The translations under genes were made by a program, and so were the position numbers. From positions 955,869-1,019,868 of the forward strand of contig NW_018405627.1 of NCBI RefSeq assembly GCF_002113885.1: a stretch of DNA of 64,000 bases. Direction: 5' to 3'. The stretch is from Mizuhopecten yessoensis. Its lineage: Eukaryota. Below are positions 41,145 to 51,893 of this stretch, one piece after another. Position 1 is the stretch's first letter; each line of letters begins with the position of its first letter. The notes beneath the pieces were generated by a model. The model did no database searches. It saw nothing but the letters and a program-made list of their open reading frames with translations, and had not been told where the DNA came from.

Positions 41145-41475
41145 CAGGGTCGGGTCCACGTGAGGGCGTAATGGGCGTACCCCCCCCCCCCCCCCCCTTT
41201 TCTAAAAAACAAAACAAAACAAAACAAAAATATCGTAATCTGCTTATATTGTTTTGAATATGGCAATTTATCATATTCATTAATTAAACACATAAACACC
41301 CTGATATTTTAACTATAACATATACATGCTCCAAGTCAGGAACCGTCACATAAGTGCATTTCACAATCATTTTGTTTTTTAGCCAAAAAAAGGTCCAACA
41401 TTTTTTCGCATCGCTCCGCTCGGCGAAAGATTTAATTCTGCGCCCCCTCTTTCAAATATCCCAGAAACGCCCCTG
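41145..41475. mobile_element. Degenerate hAT-like MITE
   Basis: CAGGGTCG…CGCCCCTG termini, internal C-run; no clean TSD. Confidence 0.4.
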
Positions 41476-41839
41476 TTGTCATATACAACAATATACATTG
41501 TGAGATACAATCGTGAAAAATATGTAAATATCAGATGAACACTGTAGATTTTAACATGTGTCGTACTGATAAACAGTGTGTACATATGCAGGTCGTTTCG
41601 ACAGTAAAGTGTATGTAGATAATGCAGTTTTTATCAATTTGTCGAGCTAGGTACGTATTTATATCGGCGGTAGTAAGCGTAGGTGTATTTGAGCAACACC
41701 AGCCGGGGTACGTATGTATATATTTGGGTTTTGGGGTGTCGTCACGATTGCTCACAAAACACGATTTCCCAGCCGCATAAGGATTATAGGGGTTGAGAAT
41801 TAAGGCGAAATAGGGTGGGAGGGTAGGGACATGAGACAT

Positions 41840-41980
41840 TATGTCAGCTATATCTGGACCTAAACTAAGGTGTTCAGAGTAATACTGCACATTAAAGGGG
41901 TTCACTACCTAAAGCTTTTGCCCTGAACTCCTCAGTTCAGGTTTAAATATAGCTGTAACAAATTACCATGCCCCTATGGA
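41840..41980. mobile_element. Deleted copy of the CACAGGG MITE family
   Basis: cagctatatctggacctaaactaaggtgttcagagtaat…atatagctgtaacaaatt matches the 57484 element. Confidence 0.6.
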
Positions 41981-43810
41981 TGGAGTGATTTAATTTGTAC
42001 ATGTATTTTCCTAAAGGAGTTAATTTGAAAAGCGTTTATATACCGCCATAGTTTTGATATTGTTTAAATGAAAAATTGTGTAAATTTATTTCTGTTCTTC
42101 TAATTCGGGTCTGTTGACGGTGAATTGATGCAAAACATTCAGTTGTTCTTATAAATTTTCAGAGAAAAGAAGTTTTAACATCTTTATTTAAATGATGTTT
42201 AAGAAATCGAGTTAAAGTATTATAAGTGTAGCTTTACTGATGACTTTTACTTATTATAAACGATACCGGAGGGTCGGTATTGCGGTCGGTATGGCGAGAT
42301 AATAGTTAGCAATCCAGATAATCTTAAAGTCCACTCGGAACTCCTCGGGTGTCTCGTTCTCAATTGACCGGAGGGGAGGCACCCGAGGTTAGCCGATCGT
42401 CTGCAAGGTGGCGGCGAGGTAAGTCATCGCCTGCCTGCAAGTACAGAATTATCCTGATATAAGTTGAGCAAATGCATTGCTTTGTATTCTGGTTCATTAA
42501 ATAGTGGAGGATAATCGATTTTCTAGCCATGTTGTCTACAACGACGTAATAATAACGTCAGCTTCGGACAATGTATATCCAAACTACAAGAGTTATCTCT
42601 CTTTACCCAGTTCGGCGCGCTTTCCATTGTGATGACTTGCGCTGATGTGGGCCATTTTCTGCAATGGGACAAATTTACTAATACATACACATACAAGCAT
42701 GGAGATAATTATTTAAACGTTTATTTGCTCAGATATATTATCATCATTCGTATTATATCTGGTGACAAGTCTATCTGTTGTTCTAATGATGAGTTCTGTT
42801 CATACTTGCCAACCTTTAGAAATTTCCTTGGTGAGATTTTGTATGCTCACAATTAAAAACATCAATAAAATTAATATATATATACACCTTAGAAACAAAA
42901 TAGCTCTTTAAGATTAGTTTAGCAAATCTATTGGTTAAAGATATTGAATTTAAATGCCCAAACCCGGGAGTCTCCCTACTAAATAAAGAGAGCTAGTAAG
43001 TACGCGAGTCTGTATGCCACATACCTTGCACTTCGCCAACGTGTACACCACCGGTTTTCTGTATGATGAAATATAAAAATATAACATTTACTATAAATGT
43101 TATATATCTCAGGAGATAGAAGGTCATGCGTCTCCATGGATACATCTCACTGTCATGTTTCGCAATTGTCACTTAGATGCTATTGTTTTCGTTTTTGTGA
43201 CGTTATAACATGGCATGACGTCACATACATGAATGGCGTCTATTTGGTTAATTATAAACTTTATTGAAGACAAAATACAGGTTAAGCTAAATAATAACTT
43301 ATATTTCACATGGTCCTATGGCTTAGTTTACTACACGAGCTACGTACAAGATACAAATTTATTATTTAAACAAACATTATTTCTTAGAACATAGCTTCAT
43401 TAAAAAACAGAATCTATAAAAGTGCATGCAAAAGTGTTTAAACAATTAAATGACATTTGCCTGATTAACATATATACCAATGTAACTAACAATAAAAAGT
43501 GACAGTTATATGCTAATATTGCATATTTTAAATCACATTAGGATGAATTAAGAAGTTCCCTAAGAATGCACCAGTCAGGGTTACGAAGTAGAACAATCAA
43601 TGAGGTGTATAAGACACTTATATGTATTTTGGTGGAGAAAAAGAAAGAGATACAAAACTAATGTAGCATTGGGTGTTTTGGTTAGATTTTGTTGTCGTAG
43701 ATATTCGAAAAAGTTTGATAGAATCGGATTTTTTTACCCTGTAGGCATGCAAATTATTTCCGCAGTACTTTGATTTGTTTCTAAAAACAATGTTTCGAAT
43801 TGCAGTTACC

Positions 43811-45019
43811 ATGTCAACTCCCCCTTTGAAGATTGTGGTTTGTGGTGGTGGAAACGGAGCTCACGTGTTTTCAACTTTAGCAGCCACGCGCGCAAACACT
43901 GACGTCAGTGTTCTCACAATATTTGAGGACGAAGCAGAGAGATGGACAAAATCCATGAAAGACGGTGTGATGGTATCCTTCACTGCAGCGTCGAACCAAG
44001 TGAAATCAAGACCGTCTTTAGTCACAAAAGATCCAGCAGCCGTGATCCCAAGAGCTGACGTCATAGCAGTAGTTGTACCATCTTACGCGCATGCTCCAGT
44101 CTTGCAAGCTATTCTCCCTTTCTGTAGACCAAACACATTCATCGTTGGTCTTCCGGCACATGCTGGTTTTGACTTCCAGTTTACACATATTTTTGGAAGC
44201 AAAGCAAAAGAATGTACTCTAGCTGTATTTGAGACATTACCTTGGGCATGTCGAATAATTGAATATGGTGCCCATGCGCAGGTTCTTGGGACAAAAGAAC
44301 GAGTAGGTGCCGCGTTGTTACAGGGGGAAAACAGCAACGTCCCATTTGACTGCATTGCCACACTTCAACAACTGATTGGGGACAAGCCGAAGCTGAAAAT
44401 GGTACAAAACAGTCTCGTCGTAAATCTGATGGCTAAAACTATGATACATCCACCAATTATGTACGGGAAATGGAGAAATTGGGATGGAAAACCAGTCAAG
44501 CAGAAACCTCTCTTTTATCAGGGAATGGATGACGCCCAGGCAGATTTGTTGACTCGAGTTAGCGACGAAGTCTTGCTCATCTCCCAAACAGTCAAAGACA
44601 AATGCAACAAAATTGTCCTTGACATTTCACCGATTACTCACATCCAAGATTGGATAAAGGAATATTACGGCGACCAGGTGAAGGACGGAAGTTCGCTGAA
44701 ACTCTCATTCCAGACGAACCAGGCGTACAACGGCCTTGTTCATCCACTGAAAGACGCAGAGGACGGGGGCTACGTTCCGGACTTCTCATATCGATACGTT
44801 CGTGAAGATGTTCCGTTCGGATTGGTCGTACTGAAAGGAATTGCCGAGATCGTCGATGTATCCACTCCGGCTATGGATACTGTGATCAGTTGGGCGCAAG
44901 AGAAACTAGGGGCGGAGTATATTGTTGGAGCCGAGCTCAAGGGTCGTGACTTATCACAGACAAGGGCTCCGCAAGTGTTTGGTATCCAAACAGTTGACCA
45001 ACTGATGCTATCCAATTAG
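43811..45019 (+). CDS. Opine dehydrogenase (octopine/tauropine/strombine dehydrogenase family), intronless CDS, 402 aa
   Basis: Rossmann motif VCGGGNGAH, DEAERW, FETLPWACRI, IHPP, WDGKP..PLFYQG, YRYVREDVP (His/Arg/Asp catalytic residues as in scallop octopine dehydrogenase); ATG at 43811 follows the acceptor TTGCAG. Confidence 0.95.
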   Translation: MSTPPLKIVVCGGGNGAHVFSTLAATRANTDVSVLTIFEDEAERWTKSMKDGVMVSFTAASNQVKSRPSLVTKDPAAVIPRADVIAVVVPSYAHAPVLQAILPFCRPNTFIVGLPAHAGFDFQFTHIFGSKAKECTLAVFETLPWACRIIEYGAHAQVLGTKERVGAALLQGENSNVPFDCIATLQQLIGDKPKLKMVQNSLVVNLMAKTMIHPPIMYGKWRNWDGKPVKQKPLFYQGMDDAQADLLTRVSDEVLLISQTVKDKCNKIVLDISPITHIQDWIKEYYGDQVKDGSSLKLSFQTNQAYNGLVHPLKDAEDGGYVPDFSYRYVREDVPFGLVVLKGIAEIVDVSTPAMDTVISWAQEKLGAEYIVGAELKGRDLSQTRAPQVFGIQTVDQLMLSN

Positions 45020-45109
45020 TCATACTTTTTCAAACGTATTATGATTTACTACGCTAAACAGATCTGTAGGCAGAAACACAAAATGAATTTGTTTTTATTC
45101 TACACATTG

Positions 45110-45183
45110 CATCCCCGATACTCCAAGGGTTATGCTGACTTTCGCTCTCTGCACCCCTGGAATATGGCATAGCAAATTCGAAG
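45110..45183. mobile_element. One arm of the MITE family at 61980
   Basis: catccccgatactccaagggttatgctgactttcgctctctgcacccctggaatatg matches the left arm at 61980. Confidence 0.7.
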
Positions 45184-46014
45184 TCTCAGTGTGCACCACC
45201 TTGTGAATGAGACGAGCGAGAAGATTAGTTTGATCCATTGATGTACATCAAACAAATCTCTCGGTCGCGTCACTGTAAATTGACTGGCTTTATAGTCGAG
45301 AATAACGCTTTGTATAGCTTCAATCTAGAGTGTTCCTATGATGCAATAATCATTTGGTCTTTGGTTTTGATTATTTCTGATTGATTGAATAATTACGACA
45401 TAAGAAGTAATGCGTGATATTTTTATTATCATTATTTTTAAGTTACTAATGTATAAATAACAATTTACAAAACATCTTAAAAACGTCTTTGTTGTCAAAA
45501 GAAATGAGAGGTTGAGACGACGATTACGTTCTTGTATTACCGTATACACATTAATAAAACTGTTTAAGTTTTTACATAAACGGCCGATTTTTGTCGAGTT
45601 GACATCTGTTTTTTAAATAAACGGCATAACAAGCATTTATATATATATAACATATAGCATTGATGGAACATTGTCAACATTGACCATTGATAAAACTGAA
45701 GCCTATAAGTTATGGAATTTAGCACGATTACCACTGACAATATTTCTTTCCTTTTTTTTGGAATTTGTCTTGAGGTAAAAAAATACTTATTTGAAATATC
45801 TTAACTGTGTCATTAGACCAATGGATCATGACACAGTTGATTCTCGCCAATTGTTGTTAAAGTAAAATGATCAATCTAGACAGAAAGCCACAGACCTTTC
45901 CTAATTAAATTTAAGCAAGAGTGAAGGAAAGAAGATACGTTTCCTCTTATCAACTTGTCCGATTGTATTATAACCAAAATGATATCCTTAATCCTTAATA
46001 AACTTAAAGTAAGT

Positions 46015-47118
46015 ATGATAAGGTCAATAGCAAAATGGATACAAGAAGGGCAAGAGTAGAGAAATAAAATGGTAATGTTATAACAAATCAGTCTGAAATA
46101 TTAAAAGAAATTGAACTCTTCTATAAAAACTTTTAAAAAATGATAATATACACGATGAAGACTTAAATATGTTATTAAATGATTAGAATGTGCAAAAACT
46201 ATCGGATATTGATTCTGAAGCTTTAGAAGAACCATTGGACATTATTGAACTTGCAAAAACTTTAATGAAAATGAAAATCAACAAAAGTCCAGGATCGGAT
46301 GGTTTCACAGCTTTTTTTTTTTTTTTTTTTTTTTGGAAAAGCATTGGACATTTTATTGAAAGATCTATACATTTTGGTTTTAAGATAACAAACCCATCTG
46401 AAACACAAAAACAAGGAATAATAACATGTATACCAAAGGGAGATAAATCTAGAATTTATTTTGAAAAATTGGAGACCGATAACATTACTTAACATTGTAT
46501 ATAAAATTGCTTCAAGTTCAATTGCTAATAGAATGAAAAATCTTTTAAAGAAATTAATCAGTACTGATCAGACAGGCTTTATTCCGGGGAGATATACTGG
46601 CGAAAACACTAAGACTGATCTATGATATTATACATTACACAGAGGAAAATAATTTACCAGGACTTTTATTACTAATTGATTTTGAAAAAGCATTTGACTC
46701 TATCTCATGGATTTTTATCAGTAAAACACTTGACTTTTTTCAATTTTGGTAAAAATGTAATTAAATGGATCAACTTATTCCAACATGATTCCAAATCAGC
46801 AGTAGTTCAAGGTGGCAATTTGTCAAACTTTTTTAATATTGAGCGTGGGTGCAGACAAGGGGATCCAATATCGCCATACATATTCATTCTCTGTGCTGAA
46901 ATTTTATCGATTATATTGAGAAATAATAAAAATACCAAAGGTATAAAAATAAGAGATAAGGAGTTTTTACAACACGCAGATGCATATGACACCACAGTCA
47001 TACTAGATGGCACTAGATTATCTCTAAATTCCACTATTTCAGACTTAAATAAATATGCCAGAATTTTAGGACTGAATTTAAATATTTTAAAAACCCAAGT
47101 GATTTGGACTGGCAACTG
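46015..47118 (+). mobile_element. L1/Tx1-clade LINE reverse transcriptase fragment, frameshifted
   Basis: NKSPGSDGFT, GIITCIPKGDK, NWRPITLLN, DQTGFIPGR, IDFEKAFDS, RGCRQGDPISPYIF, degenerate YADD. Confidence 0.92.
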
Positions 47119-48999
47119 AATATAATTCATTCCGCATACTATTTTAGCAATTGTCCTGTCAAATTAGACATAAAGATCGTACATCTAATTTTTCTCCTTA
47201 ATATGACATATAACAGCAATTATAATGTCAACGTGTCTGAGAAATTGGGTAGGATTTTCAAATGTCACAGTTTACTTTTAGTCAGGTTTGATATTTTTGT
47301 ATTTCGTATCCGATGATATGATGTTCCGTATACAAGAAAATGATAACCTTACACGGATGATATTTGAACTGAACGTTACTATATTAAATTGATCAAGACA
47401 AGTTCATAATAAATCAACAGTAGGCTGAAACAGTTAGATTATAGCTTGATTGTAGATATAGGGACCGCAGTACCAAATGATTTTCCATTGACGATAGTGT
47501 TAACGTTTACCACTGTCCTGGTTAAATGGGGTTATCCACACTGGTTTACGTGCCCTCATTTTGAAGAATATCATCTCACACAACTGTAAATAAAATATTT
47601 AAAAATTCTGCCTATTTGAACTTTTTGTATATGGGGGCCGCCATTTTGTATAGATTTTTTTTTTATACATTTTACATCTATATGTATTGCTCAACCCACA
47701 CATAAAACTTTTGAAACTTCTGCCACCTAAATATCCAACCAACAGGCCCCGAGGCATCTTCTGCCCAAAAGGGAAAACCCCACAATCTATTTTTGATTTG
47801 GTTCCGTGGTCCCTATATATGACCTTGTTACAGGAGAGGAATAAATAAGTTGGCATATCTTGTGTCCAATCATTTTGTACATATTTATGCAATATAATTT
47901 AAAATCGGCAAACCTACCAAATATACACGTAGAAATTTACATATGCACGACATGAACGTTGAGGTTGTTTTAGTAAAACCCATAAAAGAATGTGTATGTA
48001 CAGGGACATTGAATACATTTTCATAAAACTAAACCCTGTACTAGCAGGCACAGCAACAGTAAACCCCGCAATTAAAAAACCTAGATATTCGTAACGAAAA
48101 CGAATCTGAACATAATATTCAAGCAAGTTGTTGTAGCGCTACAAAGACACGGTGGAGTTTTAGACACTTAAGCCACACTCAGACATTTTCACGCAATATG
48201 AGGTAATATCATCAACCGTTAACACAGTTTCATTTCATTATAATTACACTATGGTATTAAAAAATCAAAAACATCTTCAACTCTCACATGCAAGATGAAT
48301 AAGTGTTAACGAGTCCGAGAGCATATTCAGACAAAGGACAAAAAACAACAAAATAGAAAATAATTTACATGTGTTTTTGTCCGCAAGTAAAACAGTATAA
48401 GCAAAATATTTAATAAGATTCATCAGTTTGGAAATACTTTACATCGCAGTTTTACATTACGCATGGACTGGACCCTTTGTCATAGCTTGACAAATGGACC
48501 AGTCGGGCTTGAAGCGTTGCGACACGTTTAATACGTACATTGTTTGTGTATAAAGTAAAACTTCGATATTCGTATAAGCAAAAGTAAACATATCAAAAGA
48601 AATTGTTAATTTAAGTCATATACAATGTTTAAGCTTTCAAGAATCAACATACTGATTCAGCTATATTCATTCAATAAAATAAAAACATAAATAAAAATTG
48701 TACACAGTCTGGAACAGTGAAAGGAAAAACAGAAAGCAGGTGTTTAAAGATACATTGAAGAATTATCAGAAAATATTCAAGCAAGTGCAATTAAGTTAAA
48801 TCACATTGTGCCATGCTCCTTTCACATACATTGCTATTACTGACATTGCTTGGTGGGCTCTGTTGACTTTTGGGGGCAATAGAGGAGCATGTTATAACAC
48901 CATTAGCTCTTATTTTGGTGCGCCTCAAACACGTACAATGGGGAGAGCGTGTTTCCAACACAATCAATTACGCAGTGATGTGTGTCTCACCTAAAATAG

Positions 49000-49654
49000 T
49001 CTAGTTGTTTGTGTAGCCAACACTTATGATGGCGTAGTTGTCTCTCTGTGTGTGTGTGGGTGGGTGCGTGTGTGTTTCCAAAACTTACGATTGTGTAGTA
49101 GTGTGTATGTGTGTATGTGTGTGGGTGTGTATGTGTGTATGTGTATGTGGGTGTGGGTGTGTTTCCAAAACTTACGATTGTGTAGTAGTGTATGTGTGTT
49201 TTCAACACCTACTATATGTTAAGTTGTAGTTGTTTGTGTCTGACACTAACGATGGTGTAGTAGTGTGTATGTGTGTGGGTGAGTGGGTGCTTGTGTGTTT
49301 CCAAAACTTATGAGTGTGTAGTAGTGTGCATTTGTGTTGGTGTATGCGTGTTTCCAAACTTTACGGTTGTGTAGTAGTGTGTATGTGTGTGGGTGTATGT
49401 GTGTGGGTGAGTGGGTGCTTGTGTGTTTCCAAAACTTACGAGTGTGTAGTAGTGTGTATGTTTGTGGGTGTATGTGTGTTTCCAAACCTTACGATTGTGT
49501 AGTGTATGTAGTGTATGTGTGTTTCCAAACCTTACGATTGTGTAGTGTATGTAGTGTATGTGTGTTTTCAACACCTACTATGTTGTAGTTGTTTGTGTCC
49601 GACACTAACGATGGTGTAGTAGTGTGTATATGTGTGGGTGTATGTGTGTGGGTG
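49000..49654. repeat. Complex TG-rich minisatellite
   Basis: Recurrent tttccaaaacttacgattgtgtagtagtgtgtatgtgtgt units; abuts the truncated 3' end of subunit D. Confidence 0.9.
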
Positions 49655-50468
49655 TACATCCATCCATGTGGGGTTTTTTGGTATCCACTTCCGGTCCATT
49701 TTCGTCCTGGATTACCTTTTCCGGCATTTGGTCAACACTCCTTTGTCGACAAGTACGGCATTGTAAGAAAGGACTGGATCTCACAAGACCTTGGACACAG
49801 CCAGGTATTTCACGGGAACTTTCTCTGAAATGTATCCGTAGCTCCAATGTGCTAATTATCACAATAAGTGTTCCTATCACTAGGAGAAATAAAAGGTATT
49901 TCCCGAGGAGCGACAGTACAGACGAAACCGGAAGTGACGCACTTACAAACACAGCGAAAGCTAAATACACTGTCATACAGAAACCAAGTTGTTCGCCACT
50001 CTCTAACGGGATCGCAAATGTGAACACAGATTGAAGTGAAAGCATAAGGATGGGAGACACAATATTATACATGTAGTATTGTGGTTTACGCTGTATACTG
50101 ATTGAGAAAATTATCATAGAGCTTTGAGTTAATATAAAGGTTTCGGCACTGTGTCCAACTAAATCCCATTCGCTATTTGCCTGGAAATTTGTCAAACTAA
50201 TGGCGAATTTGCTTAGCCTTACAATCACTTCTTCTATTTCACTGGTCCATACTCGAACGTTGATAGCACATGTTTGCTTGTCAACGGGGACATACTCCAC
50301 ATCCATCGTACATTTCGTCTGAAACACCTCGTACGGTTCCCAGAGAAGAGATCCATCACTTAGAACACTAATCAAGACAAAACTATCACCTAGAGCCTTC
50401 ATCTTGGTGAAGCCATTGTCCAATGCCATGTCGGGAGTCCACACTTCAGTCTGAGGTATTAGGAGCGA

Positions 50469-51041
50469 CTAATATGGGGAACCCCCTGCAGAATTGGGGA
50501 TTTGCTTTGGTGGCCTCTATTTGGGTACACAAAAGCGACCAAAAGAAATCTGCTGCGCCCATTGTAGTATTTTGGATTTTTGTCTTTCTTTCTACTTTTA
50601 ACTACCTTTTATTTCCTAGCACCTTGCTTGGCAACCCCTCACTTTTGGCTTTAATGTTGAGCGTTCGCCCAGGTGAGGAAGGCAATGGGTTCTGTCCCCA
50701 GGCCAGGACATACCAAAGTCCTTAAAAATTGTAGTTGTTATTCCCTGCTTAACGTTCAGCATAAAGGGGAATGGCAACAACTGGTTCACCCGTTGTCAGT
50801 ATTATGTGACCTGGCGGAATGCTGTGCTTGGTTCCTTCGGCATGGCATTTCAGTGAGATAGCACTATAATATAAAGTCGGCATCAGATCCGCGCTATCAC
50901 AAGAAGGCGAGCACACCAACATATCCTGTCTCCTGCATACACACACGCAAGCACGCATACACAAAACACATGGAGACACGTCCTCAAATGACCTTAGCTG
51001 TTAATAGGACGTTAAACAAAAGTAAACCAAACCAAACCAAA
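50469..51041 (+). mobile_element. Composite Meta-type SINE in the intron of subunit D
   Basis: tRNA-like segment about 50645-50705, Meta-like cataccaaagtccttaaaaattgtagttgttattccctgcttaacgttcagcat, tail ggacgttaaac(aaacc)n. Confidence 0.7.
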
Positions 51042-51074
51042 TTCCATAAAATGTAAGGCATATATGACGTCACT

Positions 51075-51225
51075 TTTTTTACGTTTAGTGTTATAGCGTG
51101 TCGACACTATGCGACATTTATTTACGTTTAGTGAAACAGTGTGACGTCACACTGTCGTTTATTAACGTTTAGTAAAACAGTGTGACGTCATAATGTCGTT
51201 TATTTACGTTTAGTAATAAGGTGTG
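51075..51225. repeat. About 42-bp tandem repeat, about 4 copies
   Basis: tttacgtttagt…gtgtgacgtca…gtcgttta units. Confidence 0.8.
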
Positions 51226-51529
51226 AAATGGGTAAACATGTTACCCGTCGTCGTGACTGCCTGCAGTATTAGAGAGCGACACTCTGTCAAGTATGCGTTA
51301 AGTGCTACAGGGTGTCGTTACAATATCATTGGTTTATATTAAATGTTACAGTCGAGAGGAAAAACATCATGTGTAATACTTTATTTTCACTCTCGTTATT
51401 TGCTTATTAAACCTTAAAGAGGAACATTGAATTATTGGCATTGATGTATTTAGGTACACTTTAAAATGTGTATGTGGGTGTTTGACATCTTGAATTGAAT
51501 ATCGCCCCTCCCAAAACCTGAACCTTTGG

Positions 51530-51650
51530 TTTAGTTTGTTTGTGTCATTTAAGGACGTGCCAGGATTTTGTGGTAGAGGAAAGCCGGAGTTCCCGGAGAT
51601 AAACCACCGACCTACTGACCTTCCCTGGCGACTGCCACCCGGAAATGTTG
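51530..51650 (-). mobile_element. V-SINE fragment
   Basis: Reverse complement reads ggtggtttatctccgggaactccggctttcctctacca (V-domain). Confidence 0.65.
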
Positions 51651-51761
51651 TATGCTTCACATTATTGTAATGTTTTATCGTAGGGCACCAATGTAAAAAT
51701 TGAAACTTTCTTTTTAATATATTCAATTATATTGGAAGGGCTGTGCATATATTTCGAAAAG

Positions 51762-51893
51762 TGACGTTTCGATGACTAGTACGGTATATGTACTCTGTCA
51801 CCTTCATCAGACAAATGTGTAAAGCTGCACTGGTCATTTGTCTGATGAAAGTGACAGAGTACATACCGTACTAGTCATCGAAACGCCACATAG
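51762..51893. ncRNA. Palindromic pair of degenerate hammerhead-ribozyme-like motifs (Penelope/retrozyme type)
   Basis: CTGATGA-stem II (gtgac/gtcat, agtac/gtact)-CGAAAC on both strands; stems I and III are weak. Confidence 0.5.

Noticed and set aside
43775-43810. N-terminal extension of opine dehydrogenase from a TTG start
   Set aside because: Non-ATG start upstream of a splice acceptor; family homology begins at ATG 43811
47914-48994. Displaced M4 exon of subunit D
   Set aside because: No segment resembling SAIDFxCFWxF was found downstream of the minisatellite
48987-49654. His/Thr- and Cys/Val-rich ORFs
   Set aside because: Translations of a TG-rich minisatellite
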